Of a stretch of DNA of 64,000 bases, positions 46,807 through 56,773 are shown in pieces. Position numbers and translations under genes: made by a program. The stretch spans positions 68,029 through 132,028 of the forward strand of contig DAOWKC010000002.1 in NCBI GenBank assembly GCA_030640025.1, in the 5' to 3' direction. This stretch comes from Candidatus Woesearchaeota archaeon. GTDB taxonomy: Archaea; Nanobdellota; Nanobdellia; Woesearchaeales; JAGLXL01. The first letter of the stretch is position 1. Each line of letters opens with the position of its first letter. The notes below the pieces were generated by a model. That model did not search any database, was not told the DNA's origin, and saw only the letters and a list, made by a program, of their open reading frames with translations.

Positions 46807-47943
46807 TTATCCAAAGAAACTCATATCTTCTTCTAAGTCGTGTTTTTGTTTGACTTTGTCTATGGCTTTGAGGAGGTCTTGTTTTTTAATAGTGATGCGG
46901 TTTTCTCTGATGGCAAAATAGCCAGCTTCAGTGGCCACAGCCCGAATTTCTGCTCCTGCAAATTCATCCATGAGCTTGATGATTTTTTTCAAGTCAATGG
47001 ATTTGTTTAGTTTCATGGATTGGGTGTGGATCTTGAAGATTTCCAAGCGGCCTTGCTCGTTTGGGACATCAACATGGATTAATCTGTCGAGACGGCCGGG
47101 CCTGAGAATAGCTGGATCAAGGATGTCTTTCCTATTGGTGGCGCCGATGATTTTGACATTGCCTAAGGGTTTGAAGCCATCGAGTTCAGCCAGCAATTGC
47201 ATAAAAGTACGATTAACTTCTCTTTCACCAGAGGTGCCGATTTCCATTCTTTTACCAGCCAAAGCATCAAGTTCATCAATAAAAATAATAGCTGGTGCTT
47301 TTTTTCTAGCGAGTTCGAAAATTTCTTTGACTAGTTTAGCACCTTCACCAATAAACTTCTGGACAAGTTCTGAAGCAACAACTTCGATAAAGGTAGCATG
47401 AGTTGAATTAGCAACGGCTTTGGCCAACAATGTTTTACCTGTGCCGGGTGGTCCATGAAGCAAAATACCTTTAGGTGGTGTGATGCCAACTTTTTTGAAT
47501 AATTGTGGTTTTAACAAAGGAAGTTCGATGACTTCCTTGACTTCGAGAATAGTATCTTGGAGACCACCAACTTGTGACCAAGTTTGTTTTGGTTTTTCTA
47601 TGATAACATATTGTTCAACTGAGAATTTTTTAGTGAGGGGTGATTTTTTGATAATGTTAAGGTTTTTTTGTTCAACTAAAACCTGGTCGCCGGGTTTTAA
47701 AGGTTCGCAATCTGAGGCGATATTGCAAAGGAATTTATTGCCGTTAGGGATATTGATAATAGCTTGGTTTTTGTTGATAACAGAATGGACTTCACAAACC
47801 ATTAAAGAAGGTGTTTTTAATCGTTTGAGTTCTTCTTCTAAACGGTTGATATATTCTTTTAAAGTTTGGTTTTCATCTTCTGACTGGTTATTTTGGGTGG
47901 TGTATGAGAATAGTACTTTGTCGAGCTTGTTTTTAGTTGGCAT
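46807..47943 (-). CDS. pan: proteasome-activating nucleotidase (PAN, AAA+ ATPase)
   Basis: N-terminal coiled coil, OB domain, Walker A GILLHGPPGTGKTLLAKA, Walker B IIFIDELDA, C-terminal HbYX-like end. Confidence 0.9.
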   Translation of the reverse strand: MPTKNKLDKVLFSYTTQNNQSEDENQTLKEYINRLEEELKRLKTPSLMVCEVHSVINKNQAIINIPNGNKFLCNIASDCEPLKPGDQVLVEQKNLNIIKKSPLTKKFSVEQYVIIEKPKQTWSQVGGLQDTILEVKEVIELPLLKPQLFKKVGITPPKGILLHGPPGTGKTLLAKAVANSTHATFIEVVASELVQKFIGEGAKLVKEIFELARKKAPAIIFIDELDALAGKRMEIGTSGEREVNRTFMQLLAELDGFKPLGNVKIIGATNRKDILDPAILRPGRLDRLIHVDVPNEQGRLEIFKIHTQSMKLNKSIDLKKIIKLMDEFAGAEIRAVATEAGYFAIRENRITIKKQDLLKAIDKVKQKHDLEEDMSFFG

Positions 47944-48064
47944 AAAGAGAAACGGTAATTAGTTATTTATAAGCTTTTGGGAAAATTGATTTTAAAAAGT
48001 TCCTATTTTTAAGCCTATTTTAATCTGTTCTTTTGATTGTTTATTTCATTTATTAAAAGAATAA

Positions 48065-48262
48065 TCACTTACTCAAGTCTTCGACTTCTTTATCTCCTAT
48101 CACGTCTGTGATAGATCTTTTTTTATCTCCTAACTCTATCCAAACTATTTCAGATTCCTTTGGAAAGCAAGGTTTTCCTATGTATTGTCCAGGTTTATAA
48201 GTTTCACAATTTTCAAGAACTTCCTCTGGAATTCCATCAGACCAACTATATCTATTTTCCAT
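48065..48262 (-). CDS. hypothetical small protein
   Basis: 65-aa ORF with no motif. Kept only as a possible gene. Confidence 0.2.
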   Translation of the reverse strand: MENRYSWSDGIPEEVLENCETYKPGQYIGKPCFPKESEIVWIELGDKKRSITDVIGDKEVEDLSK

Positions 48263-48413
48263 ATTAAATCCATCTCTCTTATTTTCCTACTTTAATATTT
48301 CTTGGTATGGTTTCTCTATCTAAATCAGCCATAATAAATCCGTATGGGTGGGGATATAAAAAGTTTTTGTTTTTAGCATATAAACACCCTTTCATTCCTC
48401 ACAGTCATTGAGA

Positions 48414-49124
48414 CTATTTCCTTTTAGAAAAAATAAACAATTTTCTGGGAGATTTAGTCAAAATTTGGGTTTTTTTGCCTAAGTAGACAGTATCTTCAAT
48501 GCGGATGCCAAAGTTATTTTTCTTGTAAAGGCCTGGTTCAATGGTAATAATGTCGCCGAATTTGGCTTTGTCTTTGGAATGTGGTGAGATTTTGGGTTTT
48601 TGGTGGATTTTGCGGCCAAGGCCATGGCCTAGGGTGTGTTTGAAGTATTTTTGATATGGTTGAAGCTGGGTTCGAGCATAAATATCGAGATCTTTGTAAG
48701 GTTGACCAATTTTGATTCTTTTAAGGCAGTTTTGTTGGGTTTTAAGGACTAGGTTGTAAAGTTTTAGGTCTTGTTTTTTTGGTTTTCCAATAAAGAGGGT
48801 TCTGGTCATGTCGGAACAAAAACCTTTGTATTTGACGCCAAAATCGATGATAGTAAAGCCAGAAAGTTTGTGTTTTTTAGGGTAATGATGGATATGGTGG
48901 TGGTTGCGTTCAGAAGCAACAATCATAGGAAAGGCTGGTTTAAGGCTTTTTTTTTTGATTTCGTTTAAAATAAAATCAGCTACTTCTATTTCGGTTTTAA
49001 AATGAAAGTTTTTGATAAGTTTATTAAAAATTTGGTCTGTTGCTTGGCAGGCTTTTTTAACATATTTAAGCTTCATATTTCCGATAAGATTATAAAAGTT
49101 AATAACTTTTTCTAAAGGATGCAA
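48414..49124 (-). CDS. M24-family metallopeptidase (methionine aminopeptidase-like pita-bread fold)
   Basis: Metal-ligand pattern DFGVKYKGFCSDMTRT, HTLGHGLGRKIHQKP, DIITIEPG, IRIEDTV. Confidence 0.7.
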   Translation of the reverse strand: MHPLEKVINFYNLIGNMKLKYVKKACQATDQIFNKLIKNFHFKTEIEVADFILNEIKKKSLKPAFPMIVASERNHHHIHHYPKKHKLSGFTIIDFGVKYKGFCSDMTRTLFIGKPKKQDLKLYNLVLKTQQNCLKRIKIGQPYKDLDIYARTQLQPYQKYFKHTLGHGLGRKIHQKPKISPHSKDKAKFGDIITIEPGLYKKNNFGIRIEDTVYLGKKTQILTKSPRKLFIFSKRK

Positions 49125-50327
49125 AAGTTCAAGTTAAAGAACGGTCTGACAGTAGTTTATGTCAAAAAACCTGGGGCTTCGGTAGCTGTTGAAGTTTTAG
49201 TCAAAGTGGGTTCTAATAATGAGAAAAATGATGTATTGGGGGTATCACATTTTATTGAACATATGGTTTTTGAGGCGACCAAGAAAAAAAGCAGCAGCAG
49301 GGAAATTGCCAATCAAATAGAAGGGGTTGGCGGTGAATTAAATGCCTATACTTCCAACGAAAGGACGTGTTATTATGTTAAGATTCCTAAGAAATATTTT
49401 GACAGGGCTTTGAATGTGCTTAGTGATATTTTACAGAACCCTTTGTTTAGAGAGGAAGATATCAAAAAACAAATGAAAATTATTTTGAAAGAAGTGGGTC
49501 TAGTTACAGATGAACCAAGATTTCATCAGTGGATTTTGTTCAGCAAGGTTTTGTTTAAGAAGCATCCAGCAAAAAATCCAGCTTATGGAACTATAGAGAC
49601 AGTCAAATCAATGACTAAAAAACAAATCTTAGATTATTATAAAAAATATTACCAGCCAAACAACATGGTTGTTTCAGTGGTGGGTGAAGTGAAGAATTTG
49701 AAGAAGAAATTAGAAAATAAATTTGTAATGGGAAAAGGTAAAGGTATAAAAGAAATAATTGTGAAAGAACCAAGGCAGAAAAAAATAAGAGTAATCAAAG
49801 AAAGGAGAAAGATAGCTAATACCTATATGGTTTTTGGTTATCAAACAGCAACCAGAAACCGAAAAGATAGTTATGTTTTGGATGTGATTGATGCAATTTT
49901 AGGGAGAGGACAAAGCGGCTGGATGTTTGATACCATTAGGTCGCAGTATGGTTTGGCTTATGAGGTGGGTGTGCAGCATGTGGCTGAAAATGAGTATGGG
50001 TTTTTTGGTGTTCACTTAAGCACTGACAAGAAGAAGATTGATTTAGTCAAGAAATTGATTTTTGAAGTTTTTGAGCGGTTGAAAAATATTTCTGAAGATG
50101 ATCTAAAGGAAGCTAAAGAATATCTAGAAGGTAATTTTTTATTAGAGAATGAGGACACACAAAAGACAGCAGACAATTTAGTTAATTGGGAGCAGTTGAC
50201 TAAAGCAGAAGATTTTTTTAATTATATCAAAAAGATTAGGAAGATCAGCAGAAATGACATTAAAAAAGTGGTTGAAAAATATTTTACTAAGAATTATTGT
50301 TTGGCTGTGGTAGAAGGACAAGCATAA
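49119..50327 (+). CDS. M16-family zinc peptidase (insulinase-like)
   Basis: Inverted zinc motif HFIEHMVFE (HxxEH) near the N-terminus. 402 aa. Confidence 0.8.
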   Translation: MQKFKLKNGLTVVYVKKPGASVAVEVLVKVGSNNEKNDVLGVSHFIEHMVFEATKKKSSSREIANQIEGVGGELNAYTSNERTCYYVKIPKKYFDRALNVLSDILQNPLFREEDIKKQMKIILKEVGLVTDEPRFHQWILFSKVLFKKHPAKNPAYGTIETVKSMTKKQILDYYKKYYQPNNMVVSVVGEVKNLKKKLENKFVMGKGKGIKEIIVKEPRQKKIRVIKERRKIANTYMVFGYQTATRNRKDSYVLDVIDAILGRGQSGWMFDTIRSQYGLAYEVGVQHVAENEYGFFGVHLSTDKKKIDLVKKLIFEVFERLKNISEDDLKEAKEYLEGNFLLENEDTQKTADNLVNWEQLTKAEDFFNYIKKIRKISRNDIKKVVEKYFTKNYCLAVVEGQA

Positions 50328-51337
50328 GCTGCTTTGGAAAGTTTTTCTAATTCTGTTTTTTTGTCTTGGAAAGGTTTGAGGAGTAAGTTGATTTCTTTGG
50401 CCAAGGCAATTTTGAGATCGAGTGGGTGGAGTTGTTTGGCTTTGTAATCTTTTTCTAATTCCAGGTGGGTTTTATAGGTTAAATTGCCACCCCATTTTTC
50501 TGGGCGTTCGATGGTGAATTTTTTATTTTGGTCTTGTTTGATGACCATAATGACGTGTTCGAGGAAGGCCAGAACGCCATTTTCTTCGATGACGCCTTCT
50601 TTACAATAGGCGCTTTTGATTTTATTTTGGACTGTTTTTTCGTCATCTAAGAGGTCTATTTTTGATTTTGGGTCTGAGGCAGACATTTTCTTGCCGATTA
50701 ATCCTGGGATTAAAGGGGTCATAACTTCGATCCTGGGTTTGTAGCCAATTTTGGGGTGGTTTTCTCTGGCAAACATAAGAATTTTTCTTTGGTCGAGGCC
50801 GCCATATTGGATGTCAACGCCGAGGTATTCTTCGTCTAGCATTTGCATGATGGGGTAGATGAGGCCGGCTAGTTTGGGGTTGTCTCCAAACTTAACTACT
50901 TCGGCAGCAGCGCGTTTGCAGTCATTGATTGAAGTTTGGGTAGAGACTCTTAAAACATCGTAGAAGTAATCGGCATTTTTTTGGAATTTTGAACCTTTAA
51001 CCATTTCAAAATTTTTAATGTCAGCGCCAATAGCTTTGAACATTAAAGGGATAACTTTTTCATAATATTTGAAACGCTTTTCTAATAAGTCCCAAGGAGT
51101 GCCGTCTAATGCACCATGGAAATCAGCTAAAAGAAGTTTAACTTTAAAGCCAGCTTTGAGAAAGTCAGCTAGTTTGAGGACCCAGAGAAAGTAGCCGAGG
51201 TGTGGTCTTCCGGTTATAGCGGTTCCTAAGTAGACAGCTGGTTTTTTCTTTTCTTTGAAGAGTTTTTTGAGTTCATCTTCAGTGACGATTTCGACTGTAT
51301 TACGTTTGATGAGATTGAATTTTTCTTCTGGTGTCAT
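50294..51337 (-). CDS. tyrS: tyrosyl-tRNA synthetase (archaeal type)
   Basis: IKRNT, PHLGY (HIGH variant), IYPIMQ, KMSAS (KMSKS), ERPEKWGG. These are close to the archaeal TyrRS pattern. Confidence 0.85.
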   Translation of the reverse strand: MTPEEKFNLIKRNTVEIVTEDELKKLFKEKKKPAVYLGTAITGRPHLGYFLWVLKLADFLKAGFKVKLLLADFHGALDGTPWDLLEKRFKYYEKVIPLMFKAIGADIKNFEMVKGSKFQKNADYFYDVLRVSTQTSINDCKRAAAEVVKFGDNPKLAGLIYPIMQMLDEEYLGVDIQYGGLDQRKILMFARENHPKIGYKPRIEVMTPLIPGLIGKKMSASDPKSKIDLLDDEKTVQNKIKSAYCKEGVIEENGVLAFLEHVIMVIKQDQNKKFTIERPEKWGGNLTYKTHLELEKDYKAKQLHPLDLKIALAKEINLLLKPFQDKKTELEKLSKAAYACPSTTAKQ

Positions 51338-51465
51338 AATACGGTAGAAAAGAACAGGATATAAAAAAGTTATGGAAATTATTGGAAATTTCCAAACTTA
51401 AAAATTAAAAATTTTGTAAGTTTTGGTGGGAAAGATTAATAAATTGATATGGTTTAATTTAGGTC

Positions 51466-52356
51466 ATGCAAATACAATTTTTAGGGACTGGGTGTATGAT
51501 GCCAACCAAAACAAGGAATTTGGCAGGAGTTTTACTTAGTTATAAGGCTGAAAATATTATATTTGATTGCGGCGAAGGAACTCAAAGGCAGTTAAAGATT
51601 GCTGGAGTGAAGCCAGGGAAAATTACTAAAATTTTAATCAGCCATTGGCATGGTGATCATGTTTTGGGTTTACCGGGTTTGCTGCAGACTTTTTCAGCGA
51701 GTGAATACCAAGGTGTTTTGGAGATTTTTGGGCCCCTAGGCAGTAAGAAGTTTTTTGAACACATGATGAAAGGTTTTGCAGTCAAGGAAATAGTTGATTA
51801 TAGACTGACTGAGGTTGAATCTGGGAAGTTTTTTGAAAATGATGATTTTTATTTAGAAGCCTTGCCAATGAAACACGGGGCGCCTTGTTTGGGTTATGCT
51901 TTTATTGAAAAGAACAGAAGAAGAATTGAAATGAAAAAGGCGCGGAAGCTTGGTTTGAAAGAAGGGCCTGTTTTGGGGAAGTTGCAGAGGGGGCAGACAG
52001 TTAGTTTTAAAGGGAAGAAAATCAAGCCAGATGATGTTGGTTTTGTGGTTGGTGGGAGCAAGGTGGTTTATATTACTGATACAGAGCCATGCAGCAATGC
52101 AGTGAAGTTAGCTCAAGACGCTGATCTTTTGATTATGGAAGCGACTTATGCTTCTGATTTGCAAGCCAAGGCTGATGAATATGGTCATTTGACTGCTAAG
52201 GATTCTGGTATGATTGCAAATCAAGCTGGTGTTAAGAAATTAGTTTTGACGCATTTTTCACAGAGATATAAAAGTGGAAAGATTTTAGAAGAGGATGCAC
52301 GGCAAGTGTTTGATAATACTGAGGCGGCTGAAGATTTTATGAAGATTAGGTTATAA
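51466..52356 (+). CDS. rnz: ribonuclease Z (tRNA 3'-processing, metallo-beta-lactamase)
   Basis: HxHxDH motif (ISHWHGDHVLGLPGLL). Short-form RNase Z size. Confidence 0.8.
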   Translation: MQIQFLGTGCMMPTKTRNLAGVLLSYKAENIIFDCGEGTQRQLKIAGVKPGKITKILISHWHGDHVLGLPGLLQTFSASEYQGVLEIFGPLGSKKFFEHMMKGFAVKEIVDYRLTEVESGKFFENDDFYLEALPMKHGAPCLGYAFIEKNRRRIEMKKARKLGLKEGPVLGKLQRGQTVSFKGKKIKPDDVGFVVGGSKVVYITDTEPCSNAVKLAQDADLLIMEATYASDLQAKADEYGHLTAKDSGMIANQAGVKKLVLTHFSQRYKSGKILEEDARQVFDNTEAAEDFMKIRL

Positions 52357-52413
52357 CACGAGAAAACGCAAGGTATTTTCAGTGTGCCAAAATTCATGAG
52401 GTGAATTTTAAGC

Positions 52414-52806
52414 ATGTCACGCAAATCCAAAGGTATTAACGCAGAAAGGGAATTGGTTCATTTATTCCAGCAAAATGGGTGGAGTTCAGTTCGGATTGCT
52501 GGAAGCGGGAGTTCTAAGTATCCTAGTCCAGATGTTTTGGCAAGCAATGCTTTGAGGAGAGTGGCAATTGAATGCAAAACATTAACAAGAACTAAGAAGT
52601 ACTTTTCTAGTGAGGATATTGAGCAGTTAAAGGAATTTTCACGTAAATTTGGCACAGAAAGCTGGATAGGAATTAGATTTAAGGGAATGCCTTGGTATTT
52701 CTTGAGTTTGGAGGATTTGGAGGTCACAGGTAAAAATATGGCTATTTCTGTTGTTTTAGCTCAAAGAAAAGGTCTGAAATTCGAAGAATTGATTGAAAGG
52801 TGTTGA
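52414..52806 (+). CDS. hjc: Holliday junction resolvase Hjc
   Basis: GINAERELVHLFQQNGWSSVRIAGSG...PDVLA...AIECK matches the PD-(D/E)xK pattern of Hjc. Confidence 0.8.
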   Translation: MSRKSKGINAERELVHLFQQNGWSSVRIAGSGSSKYPSPDVLASNALRRVAIECKTLTRTKKYFSSEDIEQLKEFSRKFGTESWIGIRFKGMPWYFLSLEDLEVTGKNMAISVVLAQRKGLKFEELIERC

Positions 52807-52861
52807 GCGAAAGTTTTAAAAAGGTGTTGTTACGTAATATGGGGTTTGTTTAGGAGAAAAC

Positions 52862-53368
52862 ATGAGATTAACAGAAAAAAAGATTGAAGAAGTCGTTAAA
52901 TACGCAGTTGGCAATGATGTGCTTAAATTGGTTAAAAAATTGTCTAAAAAGGACAATATTTCTGAATTTAAGCTGGCTGATCAACTTAAAGAAGATATTA
53001 AGAGAGTCAGGAACATGCTTTATCGTCTTTATGAGTTAAATTTGGTTTCTTTTAACAGGAAAAAGGACAAGAAAAAAGGATGGTATATTTATTCTTGGAC
53101 ATTTAAAAAAGACCAGATTAAGTATTTATATCACAAAATAAAGAAAGAGAGGCTGGATAAGCTGCAAGAAACATTAGAATACGAGCAAAAAGAACAATAT
53201 TTTATCTGCCCTGACAATTGTGTGAGGTTAAATTTTGATCAAGCTGTTAATTTTGAATTTAGATGTCCTGAATGTAATAAATTAGTTTCACAAGAGGATT
53301 TAAGCAAAAGAATTGAGGAAATCAAAAAAGAAGTTAAAGAATTGAAAAAAGAATTGGCAAAAATCTAA
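52862..53368 (+). CDS. tfe: transcription factor E (TFE/TFIIE-alpha homolog)
   Basis: N-terminal winged helix plus zinc ribbon (CPDNC...CPECN). Confidence 0.75.
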   Translation: MRLTEKKIEEVVKYAVGNDVLKLVKKLSKKDNISEFKLADQLKEDIKRVRNMLYRLYELNLVSFNRKKDKKKGWYIYSWTFKKDQIKYLYHKIKKERLDKLQETLEYEQKEQYFICPDNCVRLNFDQAVNFEFRCPECNKLVSQEDLSKRIEEIKKEVKELKKELAKI

Positions 53369-53369
53369 A

Positions 53370-53567
53370 TTAACGTTTTCTTTTGGATAATATCTTTTTC
53401 TCGGTTTTGAGGACTTGCCGAGTCATTTTTTGGAGGTTTTCTTCCATGCCAGCAATTCTTCTTTCTAAAACAACCAAAACCCTTAAAGAATAAACAATAG
53501 CAGCGAGAGTGCCAATAATAATCGCTAAGGTAAATTCAGCAACAGATAAGCCAACCATTTTTTTCAC
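53370..53567 (-). CDS. hypothetical small membrane protein
   Basis: Single TM helix followed by a basic C-terminus. Confidence 0.3.
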   Translation of the reverse strand: MKKMVGLSVAEFTLAIIIGTLAAIVYSLRVLVVLERRIAGMEENLQKMTRQVLKTEKKILSKRKR

Positions 53568-53569
53568 CT

Positions 53570-54011
53570 CTATTTGAAATTTAGTAATAAGTTAAGTATA
53601 ATTAAAATCTATTTAAATGTTTTTGTTGTTTGTTTTGGTGTTTGGGTTGAATTTAAGTTAAAATAGTGTGAGACCTTGGTTTCCTGTGGAGATTTTGGTT
53701 GTGGTTGGGTTTGGTGTGGGGTTTTTTGTTTTATTTATATTATAAAATGGTTATTTTATATTATATATATTACAGTAAATAAAAACATTGTATTATTATA
53801 TTATTTACTATATTGAAAATAATTATATAATATGATATATCGTCGATAAAAATTTTTATTTGTTTATTTAAAAATGTATTTTAGATTATATATTTTCTAA
53901 TATGGTTTTGAAGATTTTCATTTTTCAAATTGAAATAATTTATAAAGAAGGCGGTATTCCAAAAAAACAAAGGAAGTTCCATAAGAAAGGTTAGGGTCAG
54001 CCCGGGGGAAG
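53570..54011. other. predicted chromosomal replication origin (oriC): ORB-like box + G-rich tract, AT-rich DUE, second ORB-like box + G-string, directly upstream of orc1/cdc6
   Basis: The first ORB-like box is GTTTCCTGTGGAG (53679-53691), followed by a G/T-rich tract (53697-53725). A >85% A+T stretch runs 53730-53935. The second box is GTTCCATAAGAAAGG (53976-53990) with G-string CCCGGGGG (54001-54008). Largest non-coding gap in the window. Confidence 0.6.
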
Positions 54012-55223
54012 GTGTTTGAAATGAAGAAGTTCAACAGGTTTTTTGACGAGTTTTTAAAAAAAGAACCTTTATTCTTGAATAAAGAGGTTTTGCAATCGTT
54101 TTATACTCCTGATGACATCTCTCACAGGGACAGCCAAATTAAGGAAGTGGCCAATGTTCTGGCTCCGGCCCTGAGAATGGAAAGTCCTTCTAATCTTTTT
54201 ATTTACGGCAAAACCGGTTCTGGAAAAACATTGGTGACTAGATATGTGACAAGTTTAATGAAAAAAACAGCTGAAAAAAACAAAATCAATTTGAAGGTTT
54301 TTTATTTGAACTGTAAATTAAAAAAAGTGGCTGACACAGAATACCGCTTGATGGCGCAGTTAGCTAAAGAATTTGGCAAGGCGGTGCCTTCAACCGGCCT
54401 GCCGACAGACGAGGTTTATACCATCTTTTATGAAGCGCTTGACAGCCAAGAACAATTGTTTATTTTAATTCTCGATGAGATAGACCAATTAGTTAAAAAA
54501 GCTGGTGATGACATTCTTTATAATTTAACCAGAATCAACGCCGAATTAAAGAAATCAAAACTATCAATTATTGGAATTTCTAATGATTTGGTTTTTGTTG
54601 ATAGTTTAGATCCTAGAGTAAAAAGCAGTCTGTCTGAAGAAGAAGTCTTATTCCCCCCTTACAATGCTTTACAAATCCAGGACATTCTCAAAAAAAGATC
54701 AACCAAAGCATTCAAAAAAAATACTGTGGCTGCTGGAGTGATTGAAAAATGTTCAGCTTACGCGGCAAGAGAACACGGTGACGCCAGAAGAGCCTTAGAA
54801 TTAATGAGGGTGGCTGGTGAATTAGCAGAAAGACAATGCTTGGAAAAAATTGAGATAAAACATATTGATGAGGCAGAAGAGAAAATCGAAAGGGACAGGG
54901 TTTTGGACATTACTCTGAATCAACCCAAACAATTTCAAGTAGTACTCTATGCGATTGTTTTACTTTCTGAAAAAAGGAGAAATATTTTCACAGGAGAGAT
55001 TTATGAAATTTACAAAAAAATCTGTTCTGAGATTAAATTAAGGCCTTTGACACAGAGAAGAGTTTCAGATATGCTGGCAGAATTAGATATGATGGGGATT
55101 ATTAATGCTAAAATAATTTCCAAAGGCAGATACGGGAGAACAAGAGAAATTACTTTGTCAATTGCTCAGTCAACTATCCCAAAGATCAAAGAAGTTCTGG
55201 ATAAGTCTTTTGGTTTAAAATAA
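54012..55223 (+). CDS. cdc6: Orc1/Cdc6 replication initiator
   Basis: AAA+ Walker A YGKTGSGKT, Walker B ILDEID, and C-terminal winged helix. Confidence 0.9.
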   Translation: MFEMKKFNRFFDEFLKKEPLFLNKEVLQSFYTPDDISHRDSQIKEVANVLAPALRMESPSNLFIYGKTGSGKTLVTRYVTSLMKKTAEKNKINLKVFYLNCKLKKVADTEYRLMAQLAKEFGKAVPSTGLPTDEVYTIFYEALDSQEQLFILILDEIDQLVKKAGDDILYNLTRINAELKKSKLSIIGISNDLVFVDSLDPRVKSSLSEEEVLFPPYNALQIQDILKKRSTKAFKKNTVAAGVIEKCSAYAAREHGDARRALELMRVAGELAERQCLEKIEIKHIDEAEEKIERDRVLDITLNQPKQFQVVLYAIVLLSEKRRNIFTGEIYEIYKKICSEIKLRPLTQRRVSDMLAELDMMGIINAKIISKGRYGRTREITLSIAQSTIPKIKEVLDKSFGLK

Positions 55224-55225
55224 AA

Positions 55226-56770
55226 ATGATTACTCAGGAAGTGATAGGGGATTTGTTTAAGAAAAAGATATTGTTAAGCAGAGATATTTCACAGGGTAGG
55301 TTGAGTTTTAAAGAGTTATCAATCATAGAAATCCCCGATAATTTTTTAGTCTTAAATAAAGACAATTTTTCTTTGTTAAAGAGAGACAAGACAATTAACT
55401 GGCAAAGTTTTGACGGCTTAAGGACGAGCTTTGAATTGGGAAATGAGGACGATTATTTAAATTTTTTATCTAGTTTAGAAGAAGAGAAAATTGAAGTGAT
55501 TAAAGATTCTAATTCTCGAGTTGATGTTATCCAAATGTATAAAAAAAAGACTAAAAAATATGAAGTGCAGGATTTTGTGAGATATTTTATCAAGCGTTAT
55601 AAAGGAATTGAAGCGATTTTAAGGAACAGGCAGGAGTTACAGGAAGTAATTTCAATTAATCGTCTGCTACAGAAGAGAGAAAAAGAAAATGTTTCAATTA
55701 TTGGTTTGGTGTCAGAAAAAAATATAACCAAGAACGGCAATGTTTTATTGAAGATTGAGGATTTGACTGGTTTGATTAATGTTTTAGTGAGCAAAAATAA
55801 AGGAGAGCTCTTCCAGCAAGCTAAAAATATCGTCCTTGATGAAGTAATTGGAGTGGTGGGTGTTTGCGGCGACAAAATTGTTTTTGTTAATTCAGTAATC
55901 TGGCCAGATATACCTTTGACTCAAGAATTAAAAAAAGCACAAGAGGATGTTTTTGTTTTGGTCTTATCTGATTTGCATGTGGGTTCGACTAATTTTTTAC
56001 CAGAAGAATTTAACCGTTTTTTGAAATGGATCAGAGGGGAGATGGGTGATGAAAAACAAAAAGAACTGGCCAGCAAGGTAAAATATATTTTTATTTGTGG
56101 TGATTTGGTTGATGGTGTGGGAATTTATCCAAACCAAGATTCTGAATTGGTGATCAAGGATATTTACCAACAATATGAGGAATGCGCCAGGTTGTTGAAA
56201 CAGATTCCTTCTCAGATTAAATTGATTATTGGTCCGGGAAATCACGATGCTTTGCGACTGGCTGAGCCACAGCCAGAACTGCCTAAGGATTTTGCCAAGG
56301 CACTTTATGAACTGCCAAATGCAACCTTTATCAGTAATCCAGCAACAGTAAAGATCCATGAGCAAGAAGGTTTTAGTGGTTTTGATGTCTTGGTTTATCA
56401 CGGCTATAGTTTTGATTTTTATTATACTGAAGTTGAAAGTTTAAGGATGGGTGGAGCAATGGACAAACCTTATTTAATCACTAAATTTTTATTGAAGAGG
56501 AGACATCTAGCGCCGACACATACTTCAACTCTTTATATTCCTGATATTGAGGAAGACCCATTGATTATCAACAAGTTGCCTGATTTTATTTTGACCGGCC
56601 ACATCCATAAACCAGGGGTGGCTAATTACAAAAATATCACAATTGTAGCAGGCAGCTGCTGGCAAAGCAAAACAAGTTTTCAAGAAAAAGTAGGGCATGA
56701 GCCAGAGCCAGGTAAGGTACCTTTAATTAATTTGAAAACACGAGAAATTAAAATTTTAAAATTTATGTAA
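55226..56770 (+). CDS. polB: DNA polymerase II (PolD) small subunit DP1
   Basis: Calcineurin-like phosphoesterase motifs (VLSDLHVGS, GDLVDG, GPGNHD, GHIH). Confidence 0.85.
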   Translation: MITQEVIGDLFKKKILLSRDISQGRLSFKELSIIEIPDNFLVLNKDNFSLLKRDKTINWQSFDGLRTSFELGNEDDYLNFLSSLEEEKIEVIKDSNSRVDVIQMYKKKTKKYEVQDFVRYFIKRYKGIEAILRNRQELQEVISINRLLQKREKENVSIIGLVSEKNITKNGNVLLKIEDLTGLINVLVSKNKGELFQQAKNIVLDEVIGVVGVCGDKIVFVNSVIWPDIPLTQELKKAQEDVFVLVLSDLHVGSTNFLPEEFNRFLKWIRGEMGDEKQKELASKVKYIFICGDLVDGVGIYPNQDSELVIKDIYQQYEECARLLKQIPSQIKLIIGPGNHDALRLAEPQPELPKDFAKALYELPNATFISNPATVKIHEQEGFSGFDVLVYHGYSFDFYYTEVESLRMGGAMDKPYLITKFLLKRRHLAPTHTSTLYIPDIEEDPLIINKLPDFILTGHIHKPGVANYKNITIVAGSCWQSKTSFQEKVGHEPEPGKVPLINLKTREIKILKFM

Positions 56771-56773
56771 AAA

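Noticed and set aside
46931-47962. Plus-strand ORFs of 156 and 160 aa
   Set aside because: Antisense to the PAN gene, whose AAA+ motifs are unambiguous on the minus strand.
53600-53730. G/T-rich tract (GTTTGTTTTGGTGTTTGGGTTG...GGTTGTGGTTGGGTTTGGTGTGGGG) as a separate ncRNA or G-quadruplex element
   Set aside because: It sits inside the predicted origin next to the ORB-like box and is better explained as the origin G-string region. No independent RNA structure evidence.
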